Shown here: one piece after another, positions 61,601 through 64,000 of the stretch
Layout: every line of letters begins with the position of its first letter
How positions within the stretch are numbered: the first letter of the stretch is position 1
From: an uncultured Acidimicrobiia bacterium
GTDB lineage: Bacteria > Acidobacteriota > Terriglobia > Versatilivoradales > Versatilivoraceae
Length of the DNA: 64,000 nucleotides
Assembly (NCBI GenBank): GCA_963786955.1
Contig: CAWBAT010000009.1
Location: forward strand, 256,001 to 320,000
Direction: 5' to 3'
Notes under the pieces: generated by a model
Databases searched by the model: none
What the model saw: the letters and a program-made list of their open reading frames with translations, nothing else
Told to the model about the DNA's origin: nothing
Position numbers and translations under genes: made by a program

Positions 61601-61998
61601 CCTTCGCAACCCAGATCGACAACTGGACCAATGATCCGAGCATTGAAATCAGTGTGAGTCAGGGGAGCCCCCATCTATTGATAAAGTCCACTTCATCTCT
61701 CAACTACCAGTCGACAATCACCGTGGTTAACTTAAGTGATCAACCGAACACTGTCGAGTTCACCGCTCGTCAAGGGGATGATTCGGGAAACGGGGCCGTG
61801 ACCGGATCGCGGACGATGACCATTCCTGCTAATGGATGCTTCGTATCCGACAACGTTCTTCAGTTCATCGGGTCGACGGCGGCCTTCGGCCCGGTCGAAA
61901 TCCAGTCTCTCAACGGAAGCCCGATGCTTGCTGTCTCGCGTGTTTACAGCACGGCCGCAAGAACAAGCGGCTTCTTCATCGCTCAGCCCATTCAATGA
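58654..61998 (+). CDS. Large secreted protein: nidogen-like region, HExxH peptidase-like domain, IPT/TIG domain, repeated beta-sandwich domains
   Basis: Signal peptide, NTFQLSLFPDGNFEF, AHESGHRW, SALDQYLMG, PSITGISP..ITGLNF, repeated YRSNLG/YRTNLG units. Confidence 0.8.
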   Translation: MICRLLLFCLLWPVITSSLQARPPQPLQQKGHSFCGTYPDRLEHDLRKYKDLRLLRTARSKRMALATVGGSMEDIDNIAVIEDDGTIVTPFNFFDLKGKAVRFTPVAAAGSYRVSIRQADLNPDFGNKLSLIDDDTREFVFSGTLHFPYFGVIYSSVFISSDGNVTFFRGDSDFTERDLSHLNSGPPRIAPLLVDLDPTVGQGAVFVNQLPDRVMITWNAVREWNTFRENTFQLSLFPDGNFEFVFGQISASKGITGFSAGSDLQPLDILDISKEQGAVVTGSVAERFSLQTELDLTAVSKNFYKTHSDSYDQLVMYTNFSWELGNNAFAFEQNIKNETRGIGLGLIDASSQFGSSGNLESFLAMNQLAAYPDDPDKIFLGTNSAVNLLAHESGHRWMAYVHLGPNKLTSLLGRDNEHWSFYFNTQASVMEGNEIRDNGDGSFTTTAATTRYSALDQYLMGFLDPAGFESMFYVTNISGTFQNASSPPAVGVTFRGTRQNFTIDDIIAAEGPRIPDASLAPKILRQAFILVIPQGTTAPQSDIDKLSRIRRRWQQFYFDATNGRGTVETTINAVPLIPSITGISPTYGSTLGNTVLSITGLNFQPGLAVKIGTASATHVVYINSSLIKATTPAGLPGSVSVSVSNPDGAPVVQSSAFTYLTFGPPRVSSNALRIPIAIDNLTYRSNLGVNNPNSGPANVQVKELDSNGLLLRQSPFFTVPAYGYFQKNSILRELEGVSSMTGREGSLVLESDQPIEGYVSLIDNVTDDPSILDGTRSGASQLILLSSANTGPFQSNLSVVNLSPISTNVTITSLNRETGQPQGVPLKNIGVAPYGFVTFQNILEALSISENFGPIEIHSDNGALLTATSQVSGMNKGTGGFFPSLPRNSGSMTEFIPFVVDTETYRTNLGLNNLGSEVAEIQISLMGEDGHLIASNASPILVPPLGLLQINNVIRSLVSQSSDPARSLRQGYLKISSNTPIKAFATQIDNWTNDPSIEISVSQGSPHLLIKSTSSLNYQSTITVVNLSDQPNTVEFTARQGDDSGNGAVTGSRTMTIPANGCFVSDNVLQFIGSTAAFGPVEIQSLNGSPMLAVSRVYSTAARTSGFFIAQPIQ

Positions 61999-62331
61999 AC
62001 GCACCCTACCTTTACTTTCCCCTCTAAAATCGCACGATTTTCTTCTCGATCTGTTTTGTCCTTCCGGCTCTTTGATATCCCATTTCAATCTCACTGAGTT
62101 AGGCCCAAAACAGTGGATCCTAATTTCGGAATTGAGGATTATTCTCCGCTTCTCACTTATCTGACATTAGTACTAAAGGACAATTCACTCTTCAGGAGTG
62201 TGTCTTCTTATCACTTCGATATTACGCCTGTTCAAGGGACAGAGGATTGTTCAAGAATCACAGTGAGGCAAAAGGGCGTCAACTTTTATCTTTTGCCTTT
62301 CGCTCGGCATTTGCGGCTCAACTAACCCGTC

Positions 62332-64000
62332 TCACTGATATCCCCCCTCAACTTTATAACCGAAGTTAACTTTCCCGTGGGGGAAAAGCCTTTGGACCGC
62401 TTTGACGTCGCCTAATGTCTGCACGTGGACGCGATAGCCCGCCGGAACATCGATTTGATAAGTTAATCCATCTGCGGTTTTCTTCCAACGCATATGCACA
62501 AACCCATCGGGAGTGGGAGTGCGACCTTCGCACCAGTCCAGCGTCAGCGGCGTAAAGCGCAGGTGAGCTATTTTGCGAACCATATCCACTTTGTATAGGC
62601 CGAGAATATCCCGATAAAGCGCGGTGACGATGTGCGCCTCAAAAGCATGGTTCATGCTTGCTTCGTTGCTGCTATTCTCCCAAAGGGTTCCGCTGATATC
62701 CGCCATGTAGAGCAAGTTGTCGATGGCCTCGCGCGCCACCTGGTCCGTCAGTCCGGCGCGTGACAGGATATCCTGCCGCATCACATTGCCCATAAATGCA
62801 TTGGAGGGAGGAATATCCGGATAGGCTTTGGTTGAGTGCCGCTTGGGGCCGAACTCGTCGCGTAATATAGCCCACAGTTGGGGATGAGTATCCGGAGTGG
62901 CGACGCCGAAGAAGAAGGCGTAATACTGGCAGGTTTCGGTGCGGTTTTGAGTGGGAACGAACTTCCCCTCCTTGAGCACCGCATTATCGACAAAGAAACG
63001 GCCGTCGAAGGCCTGCTGCCTCATGACTTTCCGCAGCGACTCGGCCTGCGCAATGAATTCCGGCAGGTCATACAGCCTTCCCGCCGCCGCGAGTGACGCC
63101 GCGTAGAGCATGTTGGTGGGATAGTTCAAGGGCTGAACGTATTCATTGGATTTCGACCACTCGACAAAAACCCAACCCTTGAGATCATGCAAGAGTCCGT
63201 CGGTATTTTGAAAGGGCCGAAAGTAGTCAAACAGTTTCAACACGCGGGCGCGAAGATCATCCACCATCTGACGGTCGCCGCTGCGTTCGAAATAATCCTC
63301 GAGTTGAAGGATCAGCCAGAGCGGCCATTGGGGTGTAAACTCGCCGCTTCGTTGATCGGCAGGATAGCAGTTCGGGAGCATGCCGTCTGGCAGATTGTCA
63401 AAATGATCCGCCAGCATGTAGTTTTGGAAGAGATTGCGTTCGGCCTTCGTGTGCCCGCACAGAAGGGGCGCGGCGCTTGCAGAAAAAAGCGGGTCGCAAA
63501 GCCAGGGGGCGCGCTCGCGGGTGGGATTGTCCTGGTAGCTATCGATCACGTTGGCGCGGAATACCTCCCGACCCGCGGCGAAGATCCGATTCAAGCGATC
63601 ATCGCTGCAGTGAAAGTCCGCCGTCCAGATATCCGAGGCCGCATACTCGCGAATGAAAATGTTGTCAACCTCGCACTCGCCGCTCAAAACCATCAGCTTG
63701 AGGAATTCCAGGCCGTAAGGCTCAAAGGTCTCAAGGTGGTATTCGCCCGGAGCCAGGGTGTAGGCGAGGACGTTGCAGCACATCAGGCGTTTAAAGTCCA
63801 CGTCGCCGTCTACGAGCGTCTCATCCCAGGTGAAGTAAATTTTGGACGCGGTCTTCACCTTGACATGCGCCCCGAAAAATCCCGGCAGGTTCGTGCCGAA
63901 ATCAAACGTCTTGAATTGGCCCTCTTTGACTACCAGGGGCTCGTTCGGGTCGTAAGGCTGATCGATCCGATTGTTGACCGTGGTTGCGGTCTTTTGCGCT
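62332..64000 (-). CDS. GH78 alpha-L-rhamnosidase-like glycoside hydrolase; 5' end beyond the window
   Basis: DNPTRERAPW, FVEW, GTLWEN, SMNHAF, TPDG..MRW; frame stays open towards the window edge. Confidence 0.85.
   Translation of the reverse strand, partial: AQKTATTVNNRIDQPYDPNEPLVVKEGQFKTFDFGTNLPGFFGAHVKVKTASKIYFTWDETLVDGDVDFKRLMCCNVLAYTLAPGEYHLETFEPYGLEFLKLMVLSGECEVDNIFIREYAASDIWTADFHCSDDRLNRIFAAGREVFRANVIDSYQDNPTRERAPWLCDPLFSASAAPLLCGHTKAERNLFQNYMLADHFDNLPDGMLPNCYPADQRSGEFTPQWPLWLILQLEDYFERSGDRQMVDDLRARVLKLFDYFRPFQNTDGLLHDLKGWVFVEWSKSNEYVQPLNYPTNMLYAASLAAAGRLYDLPEFIAQAESLRKVMRQQAFDGRFFVDNAVLKEGKFVPTQNRTETCQYYAFFFGVATPDTHPQLWAILRDEFGPKRHSTKAYPDIPPSNAFMGNVMRQDILSRAGLTDQVAREAIDNLLYMADISGTLWENSSNEASMNHAFEAHIVTALYRDILGLYKVDMVRKIAHLRFTPLTLDWCEGRTPTPDGFVHMRWKKTADGLTYQIDVPAGYRVHVQTLGDVKAVQRLFPHGKVNFGYKVEGGYQ

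Overview
A bacterial chromosomal segment; its gene repertoire (carboxypeptidase-domain TonB receptors, DUF3300, ADOP-type permease fragment, kinase-TonB fusion) suggests Acidobacteriota, which is inference only. The first 25 kb is mostly housekeeping and metabolic: a frameshifted GAF-sigma54 activator, a nucleotidyltransferase pair, Ste24 protease, larC-metG-dedA-tatD-yajQ-ispB, cobB, argS, thpR, a UroD/MtaA-like enzyme, a SagB-like oxidoreductase and sugar oxidoreductase/isomerases, interspersed with GTAG-type REP elements. The 25-38 kb part holds envelope and signalling genes: a pseudokinase-TonB fusion, a CxxC/RAPP leader ORF ahead of a TonB receptor, a Ser/Thr kinase behind a PP2C remnant, an orphan integron cassette and DUF3300. 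The 38.3-49.0 kb part is a decayed tandem island at tRNA-Asn(GTT), with two integrase stumps, three att-like sites, an IS630, a 608-bp duplication, scrambled gene fragments and an unannotated 38-aa peptide coupled to a Cys-rich protein. The 49-64 kb part holds rpsT, a TonB receptor divergent from mntR-mscS-mntH-usp with shared palindromic boxes, two metallopeptidases and a GH78 gene cut by the window edge. I saw no CRISPR array or rRNA. Three single-base frameshifts may be assembly errors. All family calls come from motif recognition, not database searches.
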